DNA from: Octopus vulgaris
Taxonomy: Eukaryota
Direction: 5' to 3'
DNA length: 64,000 nt
Assembly: GCA_951406725.2 (NCBI GenBank)
Contig: OX597824.1
Coordinates: 4,278,001 to 4,342,000, forward strand
Shown here: positions 1-11,745 of the stretch, piece after piece
How positions within the stretch are numbered: position 1 is the stretch's first letter
Layout: each line of letters starts with the position of its first letter
The notes under the pieces: generated by a model
Seen by the model: only the letters and a program-made list of their open reading frames with translations
Databases searched by the model: none
What the model was told of the DNA's origin: nothing
Position numbers and translations under genes: made by a program

Positions 1-27
1 ATATTTGTCCTCCTCTTGTTTGTTGTT

Positions 28-70
28 AACACGTTTTGGCTGATATACCCTCCAGCCTTCATCAGGTGTC
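28..70 (-). ncRNA. Degenerate minimal type I hammerhead ribozyme
   Basis: Minus strand reads GACAC-CUGAUGA-A-GGCUG(gaggguauau)CAGCC-AAAAC-GU-GUU. The core GAAA is mutated to AAAA and 3 nt are missing near the cleavage site compared with the copy at 377-422. Confidence 0.65.
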
Positions 71-376
71 TTGGGGAAATTTCAAACATTATTATTATTA
101 TTATTATTATTTATTATCATACTGCCTGGAATTGAACTCGGAATCTTGGTGTTGGTAGCCCGTGCTCTTAATCACCACACCATATGCCCTTGGGAAATTA
201 TGGAGTGAATTTTAGGGCTTATAAATCACTCCATAATTGCCCATGTGCATATGGCTGCTAACCCCAAGATTCCAAGTTCAATTCCAGGCTGTGGCCTGAA
301 CAACAACGTCGTCGTTGTCGTCATCGTCGTCGAAAAATATCTTAGGAATGAGAATCCAGGTTCGAAATTTCCCCAA

Positions 377-422
377 GACACCTGATGAAGGCTGGAGAGT
401 ATATCAGTCGAAACATTGTGTT
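377..422 (+). ncRNA. Minimal type I hammerhead ribozyme
   Basis: GACAC (stem I) CUGAUGA A GGCUG/CAGUC (stem II) GAAAC AUU GUGUU (stem I'). Core boxes are intact. Comparing the two arms suggests an ancestral self-complementary AACGUU stem III. Confidence 0.75.
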
Positions 423-800
423 AACAAACAAGATGAGGACAAATGTCCATCAAATGGAAATAATGTATATAAATTCCTCATCTCTTAAATATAGAACTGT
501 AAGACATTTTTATATTCAATAGAGGTAAGTGCAGGGTAAAGAAAAATATGAGAACCTAGAACTAAAGAATTCAGGGAACTGGGAATTGTTGTAAAGTTGT
601 TATTATCCTATTTGTAATAGGAACCAGAGTGGGGGACAGTGGTAAAAGTTTAAATGGTTAATTGAGGATATTGGATATGAAGGTGAATATCTTGATTCCG
701 GAGAAAGCTTTTCAGGACGCAACTTGATATTTAGTAATCCAATACTGGAAGAACAACTGTGAAATGCTAAATGAAGAAAGACTGGTGATGGCAGTAAGGT

Positions 801-1035
801 CATCGCTGTTTTAATATCCACTTTTTCATGCTTGCATGCATCAGCTGGAATTTGTTGAGGCAAATTTTCTGCATCAGTTGCAGTTCGTGTCACCAACACA
901 CACCAGTTTCCAAGCAAGGTAATATTTCTCATGACCGGACATGTTTTCACAGAAGACTGGAAATGGACGATATGTCTTGTATGATGATAACTCTCATTTA
1001 CAGCTATCATGTGGTGCCAAGGAGACACAAATACA
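801..1035 (-). mobile_element. SINE family B body with RTE-type tail
   Basis: Reverse complement of the block at 9105-9322 (GAAAACATGT...GGAAATATTACCTTGCTTGGAAA...CATGCAAGCATG-AAAAGTGGA--TTAAA). Confidence 0.8.
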
Positions 1036-1112
1036 TACACCCACTCAGCCAACCACATACATACATACATACATACATATATACATACATATATACATAC
1101 ATACATACATTA

Positions 1113-1500
1113 TAGTGCCTTCTGACTGGCTCCTGTGCTGGTGGCACGTAAAAAGCACCCACTACACTCTCAGAATGGTTGGCATTAGGAAGGGCATCCA
1201 ACTGTAGAAAACCTTACTAGATCAGATTGGGGGCTGGCGCAGAATCAGATTGGAGTCTGGTGGAAGGCTGCACCAGACTCCAGTCTGATTTGTCATGGTT
1301 TCTATGGCTGGATGCCCTTCCAAACCTCAACCACTCAGAGAGTGTAATGGGTGCTTTTACGTGCTACAGGCATGGGTGCCATTTGCATGACACCAGTATC
1401 TGCCATGACTGCAATTTCATCTGGCTTGATGGATCTTCTTCGCAAGCACATAATGCCAAATGTCTCAGTCATTCATCATTGCCTCTATGAGGCCCAACAC
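1113..1500. mobile_element. SINE family C, two abutting copies in inverted orientation
   Basis: GGTGGCACGTAAAAAGCACCCACTACACTCT...GGAAGGGCATCCA on + (1113-1262) and its reverse complement from ~1265. Same family as 3733-4092 and 42660-43195. Confidence 0.85.
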
Positions 1501-1582
1501 TTAAAAGGAGCATTTCAAATACCACCAACATACTCACACACGTGTGTGTGTATATATATATGTGTGTGTATGTATATATATA

Positions 1583-1615
<33 letters not shown>

Positions 1616-1859
1616 TTATATATACATGGGTACATTCACACACAGAAATATATAAATGCATGTATTTTTAAACACGCGTACACTCACATACATAAGATGA
1701 TTATAAGTCCCAGAAGCTGTAGAATCTGATTCCAACCGTTGAGAGATCATTGCTCCAAGAGAATGCTAATAACTACCCTAACAACCACAAGTCAATACTG
1801 CTTTAGTTATTAAAATTCATTTCCAATAATAGCAAAACTATCAATTTCCTCCAAAAATT

Positions 1860-2240
1860 CTTTCTATTACAGACACAAGGTTTGAAATTTTGCAGGGAGG
1901 GAGTAAGTTGGTTACATCGACCCCAGTGTTTAACTGGTACTTATTTAATTGAACCCAAAAGGATGAAAGGCAATTTGAACTCAGAACGTAGCAGCAGACA
2001 AAATACCTATTTCTTTATTACTCACAAGGGGCTAAACACAGAGAGGACAAACAAGGACAGACAAATTGATTAAGTCGATTATATCGACCCCGGTGTGTAA
2101 CTGGTACTTAATTTATCGATCCCGAAAGGATGACAGGCAAAATTGACTTCAGCGGAGTTTGAACTCAGAACATAGCAGCAGACAAAATACAGGTAAGCAT
2201 TTCGCCTAGCATGCTAACGACTCTGCTAGCTCACTGCCTT
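1860..2240 (-). mobile_element. SINE family D (tRNA head plus GCCTTTCATCCTTTCGGGGTCGATAAATTAAGTACCAG core), internally duplicated
   Basis: Two tandem core units (~1915-2005 and ~2075-2190) plus a head ending at 2240. Matches the copies at 10271, 47309 and 58157. Confidence 0.85.
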
Positions 2241-2943
2241 AATTGCCTCCAATAATATGCTCCAAATGTGCCCAGCTGGTCTAATATGAATACTAATGAT
2301 GTCACATAAGTACTAAGCTGGTGCCAAGTATAATTTTACTATTTACTTGAAGTGGTCTTACTGATTCACTTGTAAGAAGTACACTACAAACGTCTGCTTT
2401 AATCTAGAAATTCTATTTTGCTTTAGAAAACATTGATAGAACTGTGTTCTTCTGCTTGTTTATTCCAGTCACTTTGGTCTTTTCTATTCTACACTGTGGT
2501 AATTTATTTGATTACATCAGTTGATATATTTTATTAATACTTGGTTGCTAATGGTGACGTGTTAATTGAATATAGCTATTAAAGACACCTTTTGCGTGCA
2601 CACACACAAATAGACAGACAGACAGACAAATAAACAGACTGAGAGACAGATAGATAGTTGTACATACATAAACAGCAAATTGGTGTTACTAGAGTGTCAG
2701 GCAGACTGCTTTGTGGCATTTGTTTTGACTGTCTGCAGTCTGAGTTCAAATCCTGTTAAAGACTGTTTAGGTGGTAAGACCTAACTTGTAGCCCAATTTA
2801 ACACCACCACCTGGCACTTTGAGTGCCTTTGGTAGGGATCACCACACTGTAGCAAGCATTGGAGCTAGATTTCCTGCTTCAGGATACCGGAGGCCCTGTA
2901 ATGGGTCATGGGCACAGCCCTCCCTCCTGACTAAAAAAGACAA

Positions 2944-2976
<33 letters not shown>

Positions 2977-3154
2977 TACCTAAAGGACACAATACATGTC
3001 TTTAAGTGCTACAATTGAATAAGAGAAGAAACATGAAAAAATTGAGAAGGCAGCATTTAAAAAATGCTTAAGGTTACAAAAATGGAAACACAAAAACTAA
3101 AATGTAAAAAACAAGCATATCTATATCTAATGATGATGATGATGATGATATCTA

Positions 3155-3192
<38 letters not shown>

Positions 3193-3535
3193 CACAGGTG
3201 TTACAAATTCACAATGTCTTTTTAATTTTTAAACCAAATTAAGCTAATTTTAAGAGCATTTAAATTCTATTACGGTTGTTGTTGGGCATTGTGTATTTCA
3301 ACTTAAAACTTACTTCACATTTCCTTTCTTTGTCTCTTGGATGGAATCATGATAACGTTTTGTGGTAGCCCTAGATTCTGCTTTACCCAGAGAGTGTCAT
3401 TGCTGGGAGTGAGTGACAACTCAGGCCTTTCCAAGAAACACTGTACTTAAATGTTTAAAAGTACCACCAATTGCAGTTCTATTATGATTGGAGTGACTGA
3501 CACAAACTGGCCAAGCACAGATGGGATTTGATCTC

Positions 3536-4122
3536 TAACCCTTTAGCATTCAGATTTCTCTCTCAAATGAAAAGTATATTTATTTACATTGTTTTGAATT
3601 GATCGTGCATTCATCTCATAACTTTAAAATTTTGGTAATGCGATTGTTTATTTTTAGAATGACATTGTAGGATAGGTGCAAGAGGCCAAATCTAGCCAGT
3701 TTGAACATAAAACAGAATATTTGGGCCAGATACATCATCAACATCATTTAATGTCCGTTTTCCATGCGAGCATGGGTTGGACGGTTCGACTGGGGTCTGG
3801 GAAACCACGTGGCTGCACCAGGCTCCAGTCTGATCTGGCAGTGTTTCTACAGCTGGATGCCCTTCCTAATGCCAACCACTCCATGAGTGTAGTGGGCGCT
3901 TTTTGCATGCCAGGGGAAGCTGGCAGCAGCCACGATCGGTTGGTGCTTTTTACGTGCCAGCGGCACAGAAGCCAGTCAAGGTGGCGCTGGCATCAGCCAC
4001 CTTCGGATGGTGCTTTTTACGTGCCACCGGCACAGGGATAACAGCTACAATTTCCATTTGATATTTATTTTGATGTTAATGTATTTGATTCAATATAGTT
4101 TTATTTATTGCTAAAGGGCTAA
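3536..4122. mobile_element. piggyBac-like MITE interrupted by a SINE
   Basis: Termini TAACCCTTTAGCA ... TGCTAAAGGGCTAA form an inverted repeat with a TTAA-like target site. Confidence 0.65.
3733..4092 (-). mobile_element. SINE family C
   Basis: (CAT)n tail, then TTTAATGTCCGTTTTCCATGC...GGATGCCCTTCCTAATGCCAACCACTC, then repeated GTGCTTTTTACGTGCCA units. Near mirror of 42830-43195. Confidence 0.9.
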
Positions 4123-4344
4123 TCCATTTGATACAACCTGCCCAAGTCTACCCTAGGTTCTCTAACACAAATTCCCTGTTTTCAAGTGATCTAAATTAAA
4201 ATTTTCCATCAAAACTCCAAGTTAATTTTGGTTCCAAATTCCAGTTTAATGACAAAGTTATTTTACTAAATTCTTCATTATTTTAAAAATCAAACGAGAC
4301 AAAAACAATAAATTTCATCAGAAATTCAGGAGCAAAAAGCTTAA
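4120..4344. mobile_element. Second degenerate piggyBac-like MITE abutting the first
   Basis: Begins TAATCCATTTGATAC and ends GCAAAAAGCTTAA, a decayed TTAACCCTTT...AAAGGGTTAA pattern. Confidence 0.4.
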
Positions 4345-4679
4345 AAACACCAGTTACAAATGGCTGTTGTATAAGTTAGCTAAGTTTATTGTGCTGATAT
4401 GTTGGACAGATTTATAATACATCTTTATTCCAATATTGTTTCTGATTTTTATAATTCTTTTTGATAACCTGACTATTAATCCAGCCGGATGCTGCAGTAA
4501 AACTTTAAATCATAACCTAGCAATTGCCTTTTATAAGTTTAATTCAAATGATATCCAAAGCAAGGATCATACATCACAGCCATTTACATTTTATGCACAA
4601 ACAAAAGGCGTTTGGATAGATTTTTATCACATTTGCTAAAAACACTGGTCAAATTGTTTTCGGTTCTAAATCAGTTATT

Positions 4680-4806
4680 TTTCTCTTTCTCACAAACACA
4701 TTCCCTCATCTTTAGCCAAAAAAAACAAAAAAAAGCCATTCACATTTTGTGCCTCTTATTACCTCATTGTTGCTATCATACTTTCATTCTCTCTCTCTCT
4801 CTTTCG

Positions 4807-4844
<38 letters not shown>

Positions 4845-5527
4845 CTCATTCTTTACTCATTATCTTCTAAATTTTGGCTCAACATCTCTCTTTCTCTCTC
4901 TGTCTCAGCATTTGTCTTCACTCTCCTTTTTCTTTTTCTTTTCTTCTCTCTCTCTCTCTTTCTTTTCTTGTATCTCATTAACAGTTTTTACTCATCTCTT
5001 ATGTATATTTTATATTCTGTGTGACTGTTAGACGCACACATCACAAGGCACACACACACACACATACACGTTTTTCCTCTCCATTTCTCAGTCTTAATCT
5101 TTCTCTGTTGCTTGCCAAATTTTCTTTCTTTTTCTCTCTCCTCACACTTTCTATGTTGCTCTCTCTCTCTCTCTCTCTCTTTCCCTCTGTGCATTTTAGT
5201 CTCTATCACATTTCTTTCCTTTAATTCCATCACTGTCTTACTCTTTCTGCCAGTTGATTCTTCTCCTCTCCCCCTCCCCAACCCCACCACCTATATATAT
5301 CTCACTTTCTCTCCGTTTCAAGGTCTTCCTCTATCCCACTATGGTTATTTTTCTATTTACCAATCGATTTTTTCATTCTGCATCTCTCTCCATCTCTCCA
5401 TCTCTCTCTCTCTCTTATTATCATCTTTCTAGTATCCGCCCTCTTTCAGTATCATGCAATCTCTCTATCTCCATTTCTGTTTCATTTCAGTTTTGCCTTC
5501 TCTCATTCTTTCTTTCCACTCCCCAAC

Positions 5528-5588
<61 letters not shown>

Positions 5589-5680
5589 CCCCTTCGTGTG
5601 TGTATGTCTCTCTCTCTCATCATTTTCTCTTCTTTCTATTCTTCCTCTCTTTATCCACTTTACTCATTCCACATTCATAT
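4680..5680 (+). repeat. ~1 kb pyrimidine-rich (CT)n low-complexity tract
   Basis: Directly visible. Confidence 0.9.
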
Positions 5681-5997
5681 AAATTTTAATTTAGCTGGGA
5701 GTTGATTTCGGCCTGTATATAGATGGAAGCCAGCTGCCGTTGATGGCCAGTCACTCACTCATAACTAGGTCTCTATGGTTCCAGCCATCTTAATGGACAG
5801 ACAGGTTAGAGCAACGACATGACTTACTGATATGCCACAAAAGTAAATCTAATTTGTATTTCGCAATTTAATTGAGGCATCACAAATGTAAATTTAATTT
5901 GTAATGAACATACAAACACACACATGCTCACAAAATTTATCATAAAAGCTTGCTTAATTTTTTCCAATTATCAACATGATTTATATATAAAACCTCC

Positions 5998-6125
5998 TCA
6001 TCATCATCATCATTTCCACATCCACTTTTTCATGTTTGAATGGATTACACAGAAGGTATGAAGGTAGAATTTCTACAGCTAGATGCCCTTCCTGTTGCTA
6101 ACTAGCAACTGTTTCCAAGCAAAGT
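5998..6125 (-). mobile_element. SINE family B/C 3' fragment
   Basis: (CAT)n...TCCACTTTTTCATGTTTG...TTTCTACAGCTAGATGCCCTTCCTGTTGC...TTTCCAAGC. Confidence 0.7.
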
Positions 6126-6593
6126 AGGGAAATGAGAGCCACCAAATGTACAATATATATCCCTTTGATGGTGAATTGGCTGACTTAGTAGAGCGTTGGA
6201 CAGTATTTGTTAGCCTTTTCTGCACCCTGGAGTCAATCCCCATCCCATAACGAGAACTTTGCTTTTCAAGATACATAAAAAAAATACCATTGCAAAGAAG
6301 TGGATTAGTGAAGCTGTTAAAGGGTTGATCAAGATGCTTTCCAGTATCTTTTCTGGTTCTTTGCATCTTGTGATGTCACTGGTGCTAAGTTGTGTCAACC
6401 ATAGCTGGTGACTATTCCCTTATATAAGTATTGGTGGTATGCAAAGGGTACACTTGCATACATGGGCAGCAGGATGTATTCCTCAAAAATATCACATTCA
6501 GGACTACACATACATTATGTAAGTGTGTTTATCCATATGTACAAGCATATATATATGTATGAACTTACGTATGTACATACATACGAATATGTC

Positions 6594-6658
<65 letters not shown>

Positions 6659-6697
6659 CCCATGCTAGCATGGAAAGCGGACGTTAAACGATGATGA

Positions 6698-6735
<38 letters not shown>

Positions 6736-7157
6736 CAAGGGATCCCAAGTTAACAATTTAAATCACATCTCCTGCAAGTAAACTTGGGACCCTTTGGTGA
6801 CAATGTGACCTTCATTGCCTGATGAGTAGCTAGTGGAGTACCTTTTGTTGGATAATTACTAATTCCATGGTTCTGCTAGCTAAGAAATATATGTAGCCTG
6901 GATTTTACCAGCTCCATTCCTTCAATTTGGATTTTTAATTTAACACATAGCAACCCTAGATACTAACTGTGAACGATAAAATAACATTTTTTCAGCTTAT
7001 CGAACTTCAATATGGGAAAAACCAAGAACCTTCTATGCCAATGAACTATCATTGCTCCTGAAAGTTGTTTTTTATATACCCTCTGTGAACTGCTCAAAGC
7101 TTACTAACTTCCTACACTTAAGTCCCTGAATTTTATAATTACATAGCATTATATATA

Positions 7158-7196
<39 letters not shown>

Positions 7197-7203
7197 TCTG
7201 TTT

Positions 7204-7462
7204 TTCTTTTACTTGTTTCTGTCATTTGACTGCAGCCATGATGGAGTACCACCGTTCAGTGAACAAATCAACCCCAGGACTTATTCTCTGTAAGCCTAGT
7301 ACTTATTCTATCTTTTGCCAAACTGATAAGTTATGGGGACGTAAACGCACCAGCATCGGTTGTCAAGCAATGGTGAGGTGACAAACATAGACACACAAAT
7401 ACACACACATATACGATGGGGCTTCTTTCAGTTTCCATCTTCCAAATCCATTCACATGGAGT
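7204..7462 (-). mobile_element. SINE family A, 5'-truncated
   Basis: TCTTTTACTTGTTTC-GTCATTTGACTGCAGCCATG...CCCCAGGACTTATTCT...GGGCTTCTTTCAGTTTCCATCT. Confidence 0.85.
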
Positions 7463-7501
7463 TAGCAGTCATGTGTGTGTGTATCTATCTATCTATCTAT
7501 C

Positions 7502-7590
<89 letters not shown>

Positions 7591-7791
7591 GTTTAGTACT
7601 GACTTATGGGAAAATGAGTATTCCATACTATAGCAGACAATAATAATAATGTATTATATTATGATTGAGTCAGTTTCTTGCTGTCCTGAGTTCCACCTGT
7701 AATGAATGACTTGTCTGGAAACTGTATAAATACAGTGAAAACTCAGAGTAGTAAAAGACTGACTCAACTAAAATAAAATACTGTTTGCATA

Positions 7792-7835
<44 letters not shown>

Positions 7836-8213
7836 GCTATAATGGAATGACATGACACATGGGATATAAACGAAGGTACATACATGAAAATAAATATACA
7901 TATTCTGTGAAACGATTTCCCTGGACATATAATCATGTTTCTAGAGGGAATGGGTACCTAAAATTAAATATACAAACACCATGTAAGATGTGTGCATAAA
8001 TGATTTTGTATACATGTTTCTGCTATAAATATGTAATCATATTCAGTGAAAGAATCTAGAGAATATATATATTTCATTCAGTTTCAGATATTTTTATATA
8101 TTAAAATATTATTACACTGCGATTTGAATTCTTTCTGTTTAATTGTGTATCTGCATAACTATCACAAGAATAAATATTCTTCCTCTATCTACAAAATATT
8201 TATTCCTCTGTAC

Positions 8214-8263
<50 letters not shown>

Positions 8264-8300
8264 GCATATGCTATCTATCTATATATATATATATATATGC

Positions 8301-8343
<43 letters not shown>

Positions 8344-8356
8344 TATATATATATAC

Positions 8357-8443
<87 letters not shown>

Positions 8444-8448
8444 CTTTC

Positions 8449-8870
8449 ATTCTTTTACTTGTTTCAGTCATTTGACTGTGGCCATGCAGGAGCACTGCCT
8501 TAATGGGTTTCTTTTTAGTCAAAGAATCAACCTCAGGACTAATTCTTTGTAAGCTTATTACTTATTCTATTAGTATCATTTGCCGAACAGTTAATTTATG
8601 GGGATGTAAACGTACCAACATCAGTTGTCAAGTGATGAATGGTGGGGGACAAGCATAGACACAAGGACACAAGCACATAAATATATACATGCTTGTATAT
8701 ACATATATGATGGGCTTCTTTCAGTTTCCATCTACCAAATCCACTCACAAGGCTTTGGTTGGCCTGAGGTTATAGTAGAAGACACTTGTTCAAGGTGCCA
8801 TGCAGTGGGACTGAACCTGGAACCATGTGGTTGCAAAGCAAGCTTCTCCCAACACAGCCATGCCTGCACC
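8449..8870 (-). mobile_element. SINE family A, full length
   Basis: tRNA-like head (GCAGGCATGGCTGTG...GGTTCCAGGTTCAGTCCC), core, internal (TA/TG)n and tail. Collinear with 46669-47142. Confidence 0.9.
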
Positions 8871-8897
8871 TATATGATACACACACACACACACATT

Positions 8898-9067
8898 ATA
8901 GGCTGGGTGGTATGAAGTTTGCTTCCTAGCAACAGAGTTTTAGGGCTCAGTGCCACTGTGTGGCATCCTAAGTAAGTGTTTTCTACTAGGCTGACAAAAG
9001 CCTTATCACCGGATTTTGAAGAAGGAAACTGAAAGAAGCCAGTTCCACGTGTATATATGTACATGCA

Positions 9068-9112
<45 letters not shown>

Positions 9113-9322
9113 GTCTCTTTGCCTTGACTTTGCTCCATGCAAGCAGTGTCCTTCATTTTGTATATTCTGAGAAAACATGTCTGGTCATGGGGAAATGTTA
9201 CCTGACTTGAAAAGAGGAGAAGGTTGACTACAGGAAGGGCATCCAGCCTCAGAAAATCTCCCAAGAAATTTCATCAAACTCATGCAAGTATGGAAAAGTG
9301 AAAGTTAAAACAATGATGATGA
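8898..9322 (+). mobile_element. Composite SINE: family A head + (TG)n + family B body/tail
   Basis: Head to GGAAACTGAAAGAAGCC (~9040), then GAAAACATGTCTGGTCATGGGGAAATGTTACC...CATGCAAGTATGGAAAAGTG...(ATG)n. Confidence 0.8.
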
Positions 9323-9353
9323 GCATGATAATGATTACACACATACACACGCA

Positions 9354-9510
9354 ACAAGCTTCTTTCAGTTTCCATCTACAAACGCCATTCACAAAGCTTT
9401 GGTCAACCTAGAACTATGGTAGAAGACACTTGTCTAAGGTGCTTTGAAGTGGGACTGAACCTAAAACCACATAACTGGGAAGTTCTCAACCATACGGCCC
9501 ATACCTGAGC
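9354..9510 (-). mobile_element. SINE family A head
   Basis: CTTCTTTCAGTTTCCATCTAC...GTAGAAGACACTTGTCTAAGGTGC...GTGGGACTGAACC. Confidence 0.8.
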
Positions 9511-9565
9511 TTATACACATACACACGCATACTCACATAAGCAAATATATATGTGTGCATGTATG

Positions 9566-9615
<50 letters not shown>

Positions 9616-9631
9616 CATGTATGTGTATATC

Positions 9632-9667
<36 letters not shown>

Positions 9668-9698
9668 GTATCTATGTATTTATATATGTGTGTGTGCA

Positions 9699-10078
9699 CG
9701 CAGGAGTGGGTGTGTGGTAAGAAGATTGCTTTTCAACCAAATGGTTCTGGGTTCAGTCCCATGCATGGGACTGAAGTGGGCAAGTGTCCTCTACTATAGC
9801 CTTGGGCTAACCAAACCCTTGTCAGTGGATTTGGTAGATGGGAAATGAAAGAAGCCCATCATAAATATATATATATATATATATATATATTTTGTGTGTT
9901 GTCCCACCATCGCTTGACAACCAATGTTGATGTGTTTATGTCCCTGTAGCTTAGTGGTTCAGCATAAGAGAACCGATAAGTACTTGGCTTACAAAGGATA
10001 AGTCCTGGGGATCGATTTGTTCAACTAAAGGCAGTGTTCCAGCAGGGCCTCAGTCAAATGACTGAAACAAATAAAGGA
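9699..10078 (+). mobile_element. SINE family A, full length
   Basis: GCAGGAGTGGGTGTGTGGTAAG...GGGTTCAGTCCC...AAGTCCTGGGG...TGACTGAAACAAATAAA. Confidence 0.9.
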
Positions 10079-10240
10079 AAATGAAATATATACACACATA
10101 CATATACCCATGCATACATTTTGGCTATGTTTGCCGTAATTCTTTCCTTGACGTATTGCTGGTTTTACCCTTTTCCAAAGAGTTCCAGTGCTGTTGAACA
10201 TTGTGTACAACAGGCCCATTATTATTATTATTATTATTAT

Positions 10241-10270
<30 letters not shown>

Positions 10271-10272
<2 letters not shown>

Positions 10273-10487
10273 AAGCAACAAGCCGGCAGAATCATTAGCA
10301 CACCAGGCAAAATGCTTAGCGGTATTTCATCTGTCATCATGTTGTGAGTTCAAATGCTGCCAGGGTCAACTTTGCCTTTCATCCTCTCGGGGCTGATAAA
10401 TTAAATACCAGTTACGCACAGGGGAAGGGGGTCGATGTAATTGACTAGTCTCCTCCCCAAAATGCCTTGTGTCTATAATAGAAAGGA
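10271..10487 (+). mobile_element. SINE family D
   Basis: GGCAGAATCATTAGCACACCAGGCAAAATGCTTAGCGGTATTTC...GAGTTCAAAT...GCCTTTCATCC...GTCGATGTAA, flanked by (TAG/TAT)n. Confidence 0.85.
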
Positions 10488-10530
10488 CTATTATTATTAT
10501 CATTATTATTATTACTACTACTACTACTAC

Positions 10531-10728
10531 TAAGGTGGCAAGAAGGCAGAATCACTAGCACACCAGGTGAAATACTTAGCGGTATTTCATCTACCTCTAC
10601 GGTCTGAGTTCAAATTCCTTTCTTCTTTTCAGACTCGATTAAAGAAGTACCAGTCATGCATTGGGGTCGATGTAATCGTCTTAATCCCTTCCCCCAAATT
10701 TGAGGCCTTGTGCTTCCAGTAGAAAGGA
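10531..10728 (+). mobile_element. SINE family D (tandem neighbour, internal deletion)
   Basis: Same head and tail as 10271-10487. Confidence 0.85.
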
Positions 10729-10847
10729 ATATTATTATTATCATTATTATTATTATTATCATTATTATTATTATTATTGTTATTATTATTATTATTATTA
10801 TTATCATCATCATCATCATTATCATTATGATCATCATTATTATCATA

Positions 10848-11082
10848 AACGTTGCACAGTACACAATATCGTGAGGTTGTTGATTGAAGATATTATGCCT
10901 ACCGTTTGTCAAGTCTCAACAAGGACCTCAGACAGACAGTACTTTATGCAATATGTGTGCAGTTCCAAGTAATGCCGACTTTTGCAATACATCTAGATTG
11001 TAGGGTATTTCTAAGGTTTTCAGATGTCTTTTCAGATTGGGTGGTATTGAACCCACTGCTCTGATGATAATAGAGACAACCA
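10848..11082 (-). mobile_element. 3' end of an RLE-bearing (R4/Dong-like) non-LTR retrotransposon
   Basis: Minus-strand VVSIIIRAVGSIPPNLKRHLKTLEIPYNLDVLQKSALLGTAHILHKVLSV* fits the VIGALG...LQKxxLLGTAxILRKVL terminus of this clade. Flanked by (TAA/TGA)n. Confidence 0.8.
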
Positions 11083-11745
11083 TTATTATTATTATTTTTG
11101 TGTGTATGTAGTATTCCCCTAGTATGTACCTCAGATCTGATAAATACTCTGTGACTAATTTTTTTAATAGCACAATTATAAAAATCAATCCAATCTTAGG
11201 AAAGTGATTTACCATATCTAAAATGGAATCTCATTCAACTCATTTGATTTGTTTGATGCCATTCAATGTTGTTGACATATCCAATATCACTTGTATGTAT
11301 AGCAATAATTTGGCTATCTCCATGGGAAGTTTAGCAAAGTCTGTTGAAGGCAAACATCCTGAAATACAGGTGTCTAGAAAGAACAGAGAAGCAGTGAATT
11401 CATCATTTTCTTCATCTGTTTGTGTTGTGTAGCCTTTTCCAGTTGTTTAATACCATTGTATACTTTGCATAGAGACTAATGCTATAACACTAAATATTGT
11501 AACTTAGCCTATTATATATTTACTGAGTTCTCTTGTGAGAAATATTAACTCTATCTGTAAACACATGGAAATGTACCATCTACCACTGGTACACACACAC
11601 ACTCTCTCTCTCTTTCTGTATATATATATATATATATATATGTACATAAAATTAAATATAGGATAAAATCTATATAAGAATTTATCAAGTAGTCAGCATG
11701 AAAACCATATAAGGGAAAAATTTATAATTATTCCCTTTAAATACA

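Larger units (their letters stand above)
1..500. mobile_element. Palindromic (foldback) non-autonomous element; each arm has a tRNA-like head, a microsatellite and a hammerhead motif (retrozyme / Penelope pLTR-like)
   Basis: 1-87 is the reverse complement of ~360-445, and 121-213 is the reverse complement of ~222-290. The centre is at ~212-224 (ATTATGGAGTGA...TCACTCCATAAT). The left arm runs off the window edge. Confidence 0.8.

Noticed and set aside
500-810. L1/Tx1-like RT relic on the minus strand (SDDLTAI...)
   Set aside because: The DD motif overlaps the (ATG)n tail of the adjacent SINE and the rest has no convincing motif.
5775-5786. ATGGTTCCAGCC also at 60636-60647 (possible docking or duplicated motif)
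   Set aside because: Only 12 bp, same strand, and ATGGTTCC is common in SINE A heads; chance is sufficient.
6819-6850. CTGATGA boxes here and at ~17568 and ~62278
   Set aside because: No properly placed GAAA/NUH with flanking helices.
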